The notes beneath the pieces are model-generated. The model was given only the letters and a program-made list of their open reading frames with translations. It searched no databases and had not been told where the DNA came from. Of a stretch of 64,000 nt of DNA, positions 1-12,218 are shown piece after piece. This stretch comes from Raillietiella orientalis (Eukaryota): the NCBI GenBank assembly GCA_036172245.1, contig JAYWIR010000036.1, positions 620,001 through 684,000 of the forward strand, read 5' to 3'. Made by a program: the position numbers and the translations under genes. The first letter of the stretch is position 1; each line of letters opens with the position of its first letter.

Positions 1-610
1 CGTCGCCATCGCCTTTGCTTTCGACAGAAGGGACACCGGGAGAAGAGGGAAGAGAGGACGCGTTCTACAGTGGTCATCCTTCCCTCCTCGCTCATCCTGC
101 ACGCCACTCAGTAGCATACTCCCTCGATCAACAGGGGAAGAGCGGTTTCCGCTGCGGGGGGCCTTCTGGCTAGGTAGGCGGGTGGTGGGTTGAGGAGTCG
201 GGGTGAAGGGTGGGGGAAGTCCGTGATATCCAGGACTCCTTAATGCGGTAAGGGTGAGGGTCGCCGACGACTCCCCGAGACTTCCGATGCCATCTGCCAG
301 GAGCAAGTGCCACGGGGGCAGCGATCGCATGGGGTGCGAGAGAAGGCAGACATCGAAGTGTCCGCACGCGGTGCGATCTGGTCTGCTCCTCTGTCAGCCG
401 GGGACGAGGGGACTGTGCGTCCGTCTGACTCGCGCTGCCGCCGCGATCACTTGCGCGCGAAGCCATGGGTCTGTTGCCTGCAAGGAGCGCTGACTCCCTC
501 CCCCCCTCACACCCTGCTCGTGCGCGGATACCCCGTGAGCGTTTCCTTCCTTTTGGCTTAGAGGGTGGGAGCGACCAGCTGACGTCTGTGACGCCTCTTC
601 CGTCTCCTAG

Positions 611-3600
611 GAGACCCCACGGTTTTCGGCAACCTGAAAGCGTGCGATGAGATCGTGGAAGCTGTCATGGAGGTGGTCCAGAGTGGGAAGCACAATGGCT
701 ATGCCCCCAGCACAGGTAAGGAGGGTCGGTAGGCGAGAGGGGCCGGTGTCCTCGACCTTCCTGCCCTTCCCTCCAAGTCGCAGGCTCGTTTGCTCCTGCC
801 GGGGGGGCCTTCGGGCACCAGCTACGTGAACCGGAGAGGGGGAGGCGGCGGCCCAGCCTGGAATGGACAGGGAAAGAGGAGGCGGGTCCCAACCGAAGAG
901 AAGCGCAATTTGGTACTGTTTTCGCTCTTCTTGCAGGCATCCCGGAGGCAAAGGAGGCCGTGGCGAAGTACTACCGAGACAGCGGCCTAGTCAACGTGGA
1001 GAGTAAGGTGAGGGCGGCTTCCCCCTCGCGGCGCCCCCCGGGGACCGGGGAGCATCGCGCAGCCCAACTACCGGCCCAGCAGCACTGAATGCAGCATCTC
1101 TTTTTTCTTCTCCTGTCCAGGACGTTATCCTTTGCAGTGGTTGCTCCTGCGCGCTGGATCTCTGCATCATGACCCTGGCCAGCCCTGGGCAGAACATCCT
1201 AGTCCCGAGGCCGGGGTTCTCCATCTACAAGACGCTCGCCGAGGGGCTGGGGGTCAGGACCAAACCCTACCGCCTCTTTGTGAGTTTCGAGGTCGGGATC
1301 TCTTCATCCAAGGACCCTTTTAGCCGGAGAGAGACTGGGAAGTGGATGTGGACCACCTGCGGAGCCTCATCGACGAAGACACCGCGGCTATCGTTATCAA
1401 CAACCCGTCCAACCCCTGCGGATCGGTGTACTCCAAGGAGCACCTCCGCAGTCTGCTGCAGGTCGCCGATGAGCACAGGGTCCCGCTGATCGCGGACGAA
1501 ATCTACGAGTACATGGTGAGTCCAGAAGGGAGGCCCGTGGGAAACGGTCCGCCGCTTGGCGTTTTCCTTCCACAAGAGCGTCCTGCCCCACATTGCCGGC
1601 GCCGCTCCTGCGGCTGGCGTCAGCTCCTCCTCCTCACATCGCTACCGTTGCTGCTCCTCTCCCCGCTTCATCTTTGCTCGTTTCTTGACGCTGTGACGCG
1701 CTCGCTGCTTCTGCGTCCACCGCGAGCACGCGTCACCGCCACTCCTGTCAGTTTTGGCAACGTTGGTTCCAATCATCGTTGGCTGTTGCTCATATCGTTA
1801 CTCTCATCACGATCACGTTGTCATCCAGGATTAGCAATACTCTTATTATAATTATTTATTGTTATTATTATTAGCATGAAGCGTTTTGTTACTGCCTCCC
1901 TGTTGTTCCTGTACTCTACTTTCATCATGCCTTTTACTTACCTTTGTTACTGCCCTTCTTATCGTCACATCTGATACTGTTATCCTTGTCGTTACTACTA
2001 TTTTTACCTTCTCTACTACTCTTGGTATTAATACGCTCGTTATTATCATTACTTTCAATGTTTCCATCATTTGTTGACCGGAGAACGGAAAAGCGAAAGA
2101 GAAACCCGGCGTCTACGCGCGCGCTCGGAGCAGCGTTCAGAAGGCCGACGCGCTCGGCTCTGACGTCACGTCTACGCCATGGAGGGGCGGAGGGGCAGTA
2201 CGCAGGAGCGCGGTTCCTCGCACCGGAGCACTTCGGTTGCTGGCTCCGACCTCTCAATCTTCTTCCGGGGGGCAAGGCGAAACGCTCCCCATGTCCTTCG
2301 AGACGCAGCCCGACAGCGGCGTTAGCCTCGTGTCGCGCGGACTGTCCCTCACGATACCAGGGCGCTGGGAGGCAGTCGGTACCTTGGGGGAGCTTCCCCG
2401 GAATGGGAGGTGGCCGAATTTGCCCTTCTTTTCCTCCCGGAGGTAAGACAGTGGCCTGTAAGAAATCCCCGTGAGTCGGGGTGCAATCTTCCCGAATCCC
2501 TCAGTCCTTTCCTCCTTGCAGAGGGCGGGCAAAGACCACCCCAAAGGACCTAGGAAGCTCCCGCACAGAGCACGCGAAGGCGGATGGGAGAGTGAAGGCA
2601 GGAAGGCGAGAGAACTGGACTGTCGCGCTGGGGCCGAAACCGAACAGGGTGGCGGACCAGTGGTCCATCGCAGCCTAGCGCTGCGACGCAGAGAGAAGGT
2701 CGGTCGACTCCTTTCTCCGCTCTTCCCGCGGCCCTTGCTGCCTCAGAACACCCGTGGAAAAGGGGCGCGAGAGAAATATCGTGAGTGGGGAAGGAGGCGG
2801 GGACATGAACGGTTGCTAAGGGAACTTCCGGCATCAAACGCTACGGCGCAGCAGCCAAAGCGAGAGCGCTGAGGCGGGGTGTAGTGTAGCTGCTCTAGCC
2901 CCAAATCTCTGGGGAGAGCCGCGCTGAACTGGGAAGGAGCATAGGGAGGCTCCTCGCCTTCTCTCTTCTCCCTCTTCCCCGCGATAATAAATGTCCGGCA
3001 ACAGGCGAAAGTGAGAGGCCGAACTTAAAGAGACAAGACAAGACGAAACCGTTCGAGAGAGAGCCGGCAGGAAGGGATTTCGAGAGGCAGAGTGACGAGC
3101 GATCCATGCTGCCGAAAAGCTCTTTCACGCGTTCCTCTCTACGTGCACTCGGCGGGCCTGAGAGAATGCCGCAAAGAGAGCATCTGAATCTACATCTAAA
3201 GCTTGCACAGACCCTCGCATTTTGCGAATCTCCTGCGGATCGAAGCCGCGCCTGAGAGCGCTTTCTGGAGCGAACCGCCCGTCCAAGAAACGAAAACCGA
3301 CTTCGTTTCCGACAGAAGCACCTCCGTCCTCTGCGAGAGAGCGAATTCGGGTCACAATCTGAAACCGTTTTGCTCGCAGAGCTACGCCTTCGCTGATTCT
3401 CGACTACTCCTGTTCCAGATATTTGCCGACAAGAAGTTCTATTCTATCGCATCCCTGACGAAGAATGTGCCGGTCTTAAGCTGCAGCGGTTTAACTAAGA
3501 GGTTGGCGCGGGAATGCCTTGGGAGAATTCACGCCGCTTGCAGGTTTTTGGTTCCAGGTTGGAGGATGGGCTGGATAGTTATACACGACAGACAAAACAT

Positions 3601-4425
3601 TTTCGATGCAGAGGTAACTGTAAATTTGATACTATCAGTAACGGTTTCCTGGGATCTTGTTGCACAAACGAATCTCCGTCCACACTTGTCACCACGTTTA
3701 CAAAGAACGTTGGCTATCGTGACGCTGCGATTTTCGTACGGGATTCGCGCTGAGCAGCTTCCCTTACCTCAAGGGGAAAAGGAATCATCATTCTAGATAC
3801 GCCAAGGTTTACTACGTCTGAGTCAGCGCATTATCGGCAGCAACACCCTGGTGCAGGCTGCACTGCCCGCGATCCTGGGAAGGACACCGCAGTCATTTTT
3901 TCATAATTGCTTAGACCTATTGAAGGTGCGTACGCGTGCGTCCAGGGTGCCTCGCAAATCACGAACTCTTTCCAGAGAAATGCCAAGTTAGCGTACTCCA
4001 GATTATCGAGGATACCTGCTTTGAAGCCATTCATGCCGGAGGCGGCTATGTACATGATGGTCGGAACTGTGATATCTGCAAACCTTAAATGAAATTGTTC
4101 TTTAGGTTGCCATAACGTGGGAGCTTCTCGACTTTAAGGCGTCGGATACACAGTTCGTGGAAACGTTATTCAAGGAACAATCAGTATTTTGTCTGCCATG
4201 TCAAGTAAAAAAAATACATGCGTTTCGTTTCATATATTGTTGAATTTGCAGTGTTTCGACTTCCCGGGTTACTTCCGGATTGTCTTAACTCTTCCCGAGG
4301 AAAAAATGGCAGAAGCCTGCGACAGAATCGAAGAATTTTGCCAGCGACATTTATTGAGCTCATTCAAGATTCAAGTCCACGCTTTGGAGGAAGCAGCAAT
4401 TCTTGCTCCGTCTGCTGGAACCTAA
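611..4425 (+). CDS. TAT: Tyrosine aminotransferase (PLP-dependent class I aminotransferase); 5'-partial, first exon(s) not found in the window
   Basis: Manual splice, all GT-AG: 611-715 ([17 protein letters not shown]), 937-1007, 1121-1279 ([21 protein letters not shown]), 1324-1515 ([18 protein letters not shown]), 3419-3501 ([11 protein letters not shown] lysine), 3544-3612 ([10 protein letters not shown]), 3798-3925 ([13 protein letters not shown]), 3976-4059 (AMYMM), 4106-4204 (EQSVFCLP), 4252-4425 ([20 protein letters not shown]). Motifs are collinear with animal TAT. Confidence 0.95.
1590..2075. repeat. Degenerate triplet-periodic low-complexity tract in the large TAT intron
   Basis: Runs of ctc/ctg/tta/cta/tca triplets (e.g. 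ttattattattag, ctactactctt). Translations are biased to L/I/T/V on + and N/D/S/K on -. Confidence 0.6.
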
Positions 4426-4462
4426 ACCAACTATTCGGCAGCATGTGTAGAAAGATTGTCTA

Positions 4463-4468
4463 AATAAA
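4463..4468 (+). promoter_or_regulatory. Probable polyadenylation signal of TAT
   Basis: AATAAA 37 nt after the TAT stop codon. Confidence 0.55.
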
Positions 4469-4648
4469 TCGTGAAATTTACTGGTTCACATTATTAGGAA
4501 ATGAAATCGAGAAACGATTTCTTCTGAACGTGTTTTCAGTAACATCTGAAGAAAATAGCATCACTGTGAAGCACTGGGAACACTCTTTGGGCTGGCAATG
4601 ATCATCGGAGAATGCAAACACGTGTTAAGCAAACACGTTGTTTGAGTG

Positions 4649-7600
4649 TCATCTAACATTGAAGTTCAGTTGGGAAGCATCTAACGTCAGGAGGTAACAG
4701 TCAAATAAAACCCGCTTCGCACTACTTACCTGAACCGATAAGATCGTCAATATTTTCCTGCTGACAATCTGATCCCCAATGACCTTCTGCACCACAATTG
4801 TAACAAGTAGGAAACTTCGTTTTAGAAAACTGTATTCCAGAGAACTCTTTAGCAACGGAATCTACATTGCTAAGAGAATTTTCAGCTTGCTCCAAAGTAC
4901 TCGTGCACAAACCAAGATCCGTGGAAGGAATAACCGTAGGGTGAGCAGAAATATTACTTGGGACTGAAAGCTGCAAGGATGGATAAGGAATGGAAAAATG
5001 AGAATCAGCAGGGATGCAAGGCAAAAAATGTCCTCCAGAAATAGGGATTTGCAGAGTCATAAAATTGGGAGAATAAAACATGGGCATTGCAGAATCACAA
5101 CTGGGAGTGATGCTGGAACCACTCTCTGGATCCACAAGGTAGCTGCACTGCATGGTTGAAGAACTTTCAGCCATATGAGCAGGCCAGCTGACAGCACCAG
5201 ACCAGCATCCACTAGAATCTGGAGCCACACTAAAGCAGTCAAAGAGCTCAACTAACCTGCAGCCTCTGCAAAGGATTTAAGACTCTGCTCTGAATTCGGA
5301 TTAGGCGGATGGACGTTACTGTCAGATACATTATGACTAAACATCTGGGCAGATTTAGGAAGAGGTTTTGTTGCAGTATTATTACATCTGCTGGCACATT
5401 CAGAAGGCAGAAGCTGTCTCAAAGCTGTACACGTCACTTTGTCCAATCCCAAATGAGCCAGTTCAGCATCACCCACACCTAATAGCTAGAAACAGAAATC
5501 AGCTTCAGGATGTCCCAACCTGAAATCATTCCCACCTCTGCTGGAGGAAATGAATCTCTATTTTTAACACGGCCATCCTTTTGGGATTGAAGGGAGTTGC
5601 CACTTCCTTTCATCATCGGAGAATTCGTTTGAATTCCATACTGACAACCATCACCAGCAGAACTGTTCTGCCATTGAGATGAAGCAGTAAAAGCACACCA
5701 GGAAGGACATGAGAGTCCCAAATGCTTATTTGTGTTACTGGAAGTGGGAATGCTTTCACTAACAGATGGAACAACTGTTAATGAAGGCACTGGAGACTGA
5801 AATACTCTTGGTCCAAGTGCAGTTACAGGGAAAGCTCTATAAACATGTGGTACACAAGGGTTGGTATTCAGTGAATTTTTCATCACATGCATTGCAGAAT
5901 TGTACACAGTGAAGCTCTTGATTTGTGGAACTGGAGGATTCTGTAATCTAATGTGCAAATATTTCGTGTTTTCAAGGGATGGACTAGATAGATTAGGAAG
6001 CCTGGGATAATCTGCCAAAAAAAAAATTAAAATGAAAGCATCATTTCTATGAAGATACCTTTGGGAGTTGTGAAGAAATGAACAAACCACGGGGCTTGTC
6101 GAATATGGACTGGGCAGCAATGCAATAATTTGTCTAAGTACTTGTTCATTGTCTTTTGCAGCAATATCCAGATATCATGTGGAAATGGAAATAAACATTT
6201 TCCAAGCAAAGGGCTGACCTTGAGATTCAACACCCTTTATCCGTATCTGACCCTTTTTCCCCCCAATTTTGTTTACCTTGCAGTGAAATTCGAAGAGATC
6301 ATCATGTGAAATCTGGATGGGAACTGGGTTCTCATCTTGCTGTGTTACTTGAATCTTGTAGAGTGCACCCTGATCATTATGAAAAGTGCAAGATATCACT
6401 TCCAGTTTTGTGATTTCTGAAGCATCTGCACAATAGACAGATATTTTGATTTCAATGCAATCAAGTACCTGTTTGCCAATTTATCTTTTTACCATTATCA
6501 CCGGTTGCTATCGAGTCTTGTATAGAATCCCTTTTTGGACAACACTACATGTTAAAGTAAAATCTGATTACAAAATTTATGCTAAGAAAAATTGCTTAAA
6601 AAAGAAAAATATTATGTGCTCCACTTCATAAAACCCTTTGCCCTTCCTGCACTATTCATTCCCATTCCCAATAAAAAATGATCAAACATTAAAAAATGAA
6701 TTCAATTAGCAATTAAATAAAAACAAATGTCATTATTTCTATTCTGACCTACATCTATCACAATTCATGCAACCATTGATAATGGATATTCATACAATGC
6801 TTTGAACCTGTTGAGATAAAATTAAGCATTAATATCGAATTGAGAGTTTTCTCATGTGCATATATGTATTTACTGGCAACAGATCATGTGCTTCAAGGAC
6901 GTACACAATGTCAGTATTAGCAAACCTATGTTTATCCATCAAACTGATATTATAAAAGATTTGAGAACTTAATCATTGAGATTTTACATGCAAAACTTTA
7001 AATGAGAGTTAATCATGAAAATGTACCACATTATTTAGAAAGTACATGATCAGTTAATGACCCGATAAATCATTTTGAGATTCCGCTTTTGAAAATAAAA
7101 AGTATCAAGTTTCCCAGAAAATCTCAATCTGAGAGATCGCTTGTTTTAAAAACAGCAATATGAAGTTCATGTTGCATTTGCGAAAATACATAAAAGCATT
7201 ATGATTACTCGAAAGTGTTTTGTGCTGATTTGAGCTGGGCACTCAGAATAAGATCATGAGAATGGTGAAAAAAATGTGGTGAACAAAACAATAACTGCCT
7301 TACTTTGCAGCTCTGGCACTGAATATGCCTCTTACTATTACACATTGAAAAGCTTTTATTAAAAATGAAATGCGATTATGAGACATTACTTATGAAAGAT
7401 TTCAATACTTTGAAAGTCCTGTGCAGATTTGTGCAAACAAAATGAAGAATCTCTCAGGAAACAACCTCCCAAATAGGTACACATCGCTGTGTAAACTATG
7501 AAATTATTTAGCATTTAAGGAAAACACAGTTTTAGCTTGCAAAAACAATCAGTCAAAGGAATTTAAACCTGATGTTGATTTTCACATTCTTTAGAAACTT

Positions 7601-10239
7601 GGCAAGATCCTAATATATAGATAACAGTCAAAAGTTCAATTTTTTCTTGCAATGCTCACGAAGGATTGAATAAAAAACAAAAAAGGAGATCACCATATAA
7701 GTTTTTATCATGACAAGAAACTCCTTTCCTGCTTAGCCCTCTCAAATTTGTTCATTAATGGTTATCCATAGAATGTTCATTGTATATTTTACATGATACA
7801 TTTTTTAAAAGAGCAAATTCTTATTCAATTTCTGGCTTCCAACTAGTTCAAAATCATTTCTTTACCTAGTTTTCTCAACTGCAGCTGTTCTTTCCATTTT
7901 ATGTTAAAAATGTATACGAAAAAACTGTGTGAAAATTCTTGCCTTGTTCCACATTTCTGAATCTTTTTTACTGAACAACTTGAAAACTTTCCCTTCATCT
8001 AACTCTATCAATCTTTTCTTTCTGAGTTCTTGCTCTTGAACATTTTAGTCTACAGAGCTTTTCTTTCTTGCCTCACTAGTTGCTGTGCTGTTCATCTCTT
8101 CCTTTATGCCAGTAATTTATAGCATTTAATTTTTTGTAAGCTTAAAAACCATTTTATTACATGACCTGCAACACCCTAATATAATTTCAATAAAAAACAA
8201 TTCCTCATTAACACAGAATAGTCTCACTGAATGCAAATCTAATTCAGTTGGGAAAAAAAAAAAAAAAAAATGGAGTTTTTATACCAGCAATTGAGCCAAA
8301 ATGCTTAATCAGCCCAGGAATCAATATTCAGAAAAACTTAGAAAATCAAATCACACAATACAATAACCAAAAACTTAAACACAGCTATGCAAAAACATAT
8401 ATCTAAAATTCTGTTGCTTCACTACATCAAAATACAAAGTGACCATTATTTATGGAAGTAAATATACAACTGAATCAAGCTTCTGGGCAACTTTAACTTT
8501 TCCTCAAAACATGCTAATTATGACCAAAATATACGAGTGAAGACTCAAACCTTTTCAGATACTTTGGAACTACTTTTTCCATTTCAGTGACACAGATTAT
8601 ATGTTACAACATTAATTTTGCCAACTGTATGTCTTCAAAATACCTGTCATCATATAATGATTCAACATTTTGTATACAGAGTTCGGACACATCTTTGAAA
8701 TAGCATAATTTATAACTACCAGGATGTCTCATAATCACTCATCAGTTAGTTAATGTAAATTTCACATCTATTAGTTTATGCAGCTGTATTTTACGATCAG
8801 CTGCAAAGTTCTAACATCAGATTAATCAACAATCTTTTCAAAGCTTTTTTCTTAATCTGCAGCCAAACCAAGGCTCCTCTTGGAATTCCAAGAATTCCAA
8901 GGTGTATAAATAAAGTTACTCCATGGAATCGGGTGTAGTTCCTTAGAGTAAAATTATACAGATAGCTCAGAATAAATAAATGAGCTGGATCATTTTGGCT
9001 ACGGAACATGGTTTTCAAATTTTTAATGCATCTTTAATAAATTCGTTTTCTATTAATGACATATCCAGCATACTCACTGTAATTTGGAGTACCTCCACTT
9101 TGATGTTATGATAAATTCTGTAGTTACAAGTTGTTTTGTGCATGCAATTATTATGGTTCTATGTTCTACATTTTAAAATTGGACATACATACATACATAC
9201 ATATATATATATACACCCGGATGTATGTATATACCACTGTACAATGTGCAGTTCAAAATTAAATATATGCATATATATACACTTCTTCTGTGATCTCCTG
9301 CAATACTTTGGGAAGGATTACGTTTCTAGCATTGATCTATTCAAACATTAGCTATAGTTTGCACAAATGTTTCTCGATGCCTCCAGCACAACTTTACAAC
9401 ATAGATGAGTACTCATATAAGGAAATCATTTATACACTATTATAAATCACGAAATATGCATCATCCTACGTTCCACACAACAGTGAACAAAAATGTTAAC
9501 AAATAATGGATAATAACTAAATTGAAATTCCATTATCAATGCTGTTTATGAAAGTTATTTTCAGTAAACAAGCATCACCAACTAAATGCCTTATGATGAT
9601 TTACATCAAAACAGATTATTTGATATTTACCTCTGGAAATGACAAGTTATTTGAATGCTTTTGCAAGTTCTTATTGAAACAATTTTTATGCTGGAGATTT
9701 CCTTTTTCCGCACTTGAAAAACCAGCATTATGAAGCTTCATTGAGTCTACACATTGGTTTGTTTGCTTTAAAATATCACGCAATTTTGTTTTTTGGTTGA
9801 AAGTGAAGGCAGGGTGATAGACAGCAAGGGTATACAATAACAACAGCTCGTTAAAACGGTCATCACTTTGCAACGGAGTTTTCAGAATTTTGCTTAGGAC
9901 TGTAAGATTTGAAAGAATATCAAAAATTTCTCTTGCACACACATAATTGTTGCAACTTAACAGTGACAAGTATAAAATTAATTTTTCTCTTATCTTTGGA
10001 TCACAAAAATCGGATAAGGCTTCAATTTCTACAACATTATTAGCTTTATTTTCAGCATCCTTGAGATCAAACAAATCTTTTTTTCCTAGCTCCTTCACAA
10101 AAGTTTCTAGAAATCGCAACTCAAATGGGAGGCACATATGCAACAACTGGCACATTACTTCTATCCTTTCGGATCCTAAAAGATTTTTGAAAGTATAAAG
10201 GAATCTTGACGTTTCTTCTTTCTCGGGACTGCACACCAT
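4649..10239 (-). CDS. ZCCHC14: ZCCHC14/ZCCHC2-family RNA-binding protein (conserved N-terminal domain, PX-like region, SAM-like helix, C-terminal CCHC zinc knuckle)
   Basis: Exon 1 10239-9631 (MVC..ERIEVMCQLLHMCLPFELRFLETFVKELGKKD..DAENKANN) matches the family N-terminus. Further exons ~6544-6469, 6425-6277, 6218-6059 (LNKYLDKLL..WFVHFF), 6011-5520, 5478-5257 (DAELAHLGL), 5218-4730 (CYNCGAEGHWGSDC = CX2CX4HX4C) and 4680-4649 (DASQLNFNVR*). Paralog assignment (14 vs 2) is uncertain. Confidence 0.85.
9183..9216. repeat. (TACA)n/(TA)n microsatellite
   Basis: acatacatacatacatacatatatatatatacac in ZCCHC intron 1. Confidence 0.8.
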
Positions 10240-10870
10240 TTTTTGTGTGTCATTGATGTAAATGGCAAGCTTTATGGCAAAGCAGGCTTTCGGCACATGA
10301 TCTGCTTCCTTTCGCTTTTGCCGTGCTGCTCATTCGACTAGGAAATATTATAATGGCAGCTGCCTCCACCACGATAGAATAATCCGTCACCGTGCCAAGA
10401 TATGTAGAAATGGCAATTGTTTTGCAGCCGGTACAACTATTTTCACGGTGGAAGTTCCTCCTGCAGATCGGTACTGCGATTAATCACGGTGTGCGTTCCT
10501 CATCCCGGGACGTGAGGACGGGAGCTGGTTATCTTTTAGAATTGCTGAAGTAAGGTTTCAGAATCCTGCAGCATGTTTCTCGGTGGGCAGAGAAAGTCGG
10601 CGTCGGGCGCGCGCGTGGGCAGCGAAACGGAAAGTGCACGGAATTCAGCTGCCCACACGCTGCCCTCCCACTTTCCCCCTCCCAGTGAGTGCGCCCTCCG
10701 GGCGGCCGGCCCTTCGGATTGCTTCCTGGTAGGAGTCGGCTGGGCTGGTGGTGCACGGATAGGCCAACCATCAGGCCTTGCTCCTGCCTCGGAGGCTGCG
10801 CGTTCTCTTCTTCTTCCTCTTCCCCCGCTCCTGTTTGGGTGTGTGTGAACGTCGCGGTCCGTGCTTGCGT
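10240..10870. promoter_or_regulatory. Shared divergent promoter region of ZCCHC-like and NDUFAF6, including a CpG-rich island in NDUFAF6 exon 1/intron 1
   Basis: Divergent ATGs at 10239 (-) and 10410 (+). A local GC/CpG-rich patch (~10490-10870) sits between CpG-poor gene bodies. Confidence 0.55.
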
Positions 10871-12218
10871 GCGGTGTTTGTTCCCTGCAAAAATTGTTTT
10901 GCGACGGTGTGCACCGCTGTTAAGGAGTGTTGCCTGTTCAAGAAATTGATGTTTTCTTTGTCGTGCTGATGGAGATGGGAAATGGGAATCCTTGGAGTAC
11001 CATGGAACATTACCAGTGATTTCACTTGCCCCCTTAATTTTTTTCCCTGTTCTCTCTCCCTCTCTCTTTTTGTTTTTTTGTTTTTAAAAAAAACAAAAAG
11101 GCAAAACGCCACTTTCAATATAGCGCAGATCGGATCTACGTATCTGTTTTGGGATAAATTACAGTACCAACAGTGCCATTACTTTAAAATGCTTGCATGC
11201 TTAGATGTGACAATATTGTGAAACAAAGATAAATTGAAATACAATTTATGTGTGTTAATTTTGCCCCTTATGTATATTGTATTACAGAAAACATGACTAT
11301 GAGGGCTATCTTTGTACACTGCTTCTTCCTAAAGCTGTGAGAACGGACATATTAGGGCTACGTGCATTTAACGTAGAAATAGCAATCATATCACAACATG
11401 CAAAACAGCCTGAAATTACTCGGAGCCGTTATGCATTTTGGAAAGGCATCCTGGATAATTTGTATGATAACATGTATCCTCCAAATGTACCTGTTGCTCA
11501 AGCTCTCTACTGGGTGAAATATAATTGTGGATCCTTTGTAGCAAACTTTCATGCCACTTCAGATATTTCAGGAAAAAAAGTTGACCAAAAGGTGGTTTAG
11601 GAATCTGATAGAGAGTCGAGAGATGTTGGATCTCTCTAGAACACCATTTATCACACTCCAAGAACTTTATGAGTATTTGGATTCTGCAGTAGTGTCTTTG
11701 TACTTTCTGTGTTTGGAAAGTCAAGGTTAGCTAAATGTCTGGCCATTTGAAGTAAGCTTTCTATAGGATTCAAGAATCTGGTTGCTGATCATGCAGCTAT
11801 GCATTTAGGAAGAGCTATTGGTCTTATGATGGTCCTTCGTTCTCTTCCCTACCATTCAAGTAAAGGGTGTTGTTTCTTGCCATTGCAACTTTTGGCAAAG
11901 CATGGAGTTGTACAGGAAGATATATTGCGTGCTAAGGACTCACCAGGTCTAGCCAGTGTGGTTTATGAACTAACTGAAGAGGCACATCTTCATATCCAAA
12001 AGGTATCTGTGGAAAGCAGTATTTTTAATTTGTTGCAGTTTCATTCACTTATAAAGGACTTGCCTGCCCCTGCATATGAACTTATGAAATTACCTTGTGT
12101 ATGTGCACAACAGCAGCTGAAACTTTGGAAAAAGAGAGACTTCTATGTTTTTCAGCCAGCTTTCTCTCGAAATGGGTTGCTCCCCCTGTATCTTCTTATC
12201 CACCAGTATTTGCCCTAG
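10410..12218 (+). CDS. NDUFAF6: NADH:ubiquinone oxidoreductase complex I assembly factor 6 (squalene/phytoene synthase fold)
   Basis: Exons 10410-10549 (basic presequence-like MAIVLQPVQLFSRWKFLL..GYLLELL, AA|gtaagg), 11288-11513 (KHDYEGYLCTLLLP..LRAFNVE..PVAQAL), 11563-11725 (LTKRWF..LYFLCLE), 11767-12002 (DHAAMHLGRAIG..LRSLPYH) and 12039-12218. The exon 1/2 junction YLLELLK-KHDYEGY parallels human YCLELLRKRDYEGY. Exon 1 is absent from the ORF track. Confidence 0.92.

Noticed and set aside
1852..2077. Hydrophobic 63-72 aa ORFs resembling membrane peptides
   Set aside because: They arise from the degenerate triplet repeat in the TAT intron.
2161..2168. Full CRE palindrome TGACGTCA in the TAT intron (another at 31394-31401)
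   Set aside because: An 8-mer is expected about once per window by chance, and there is no other support.
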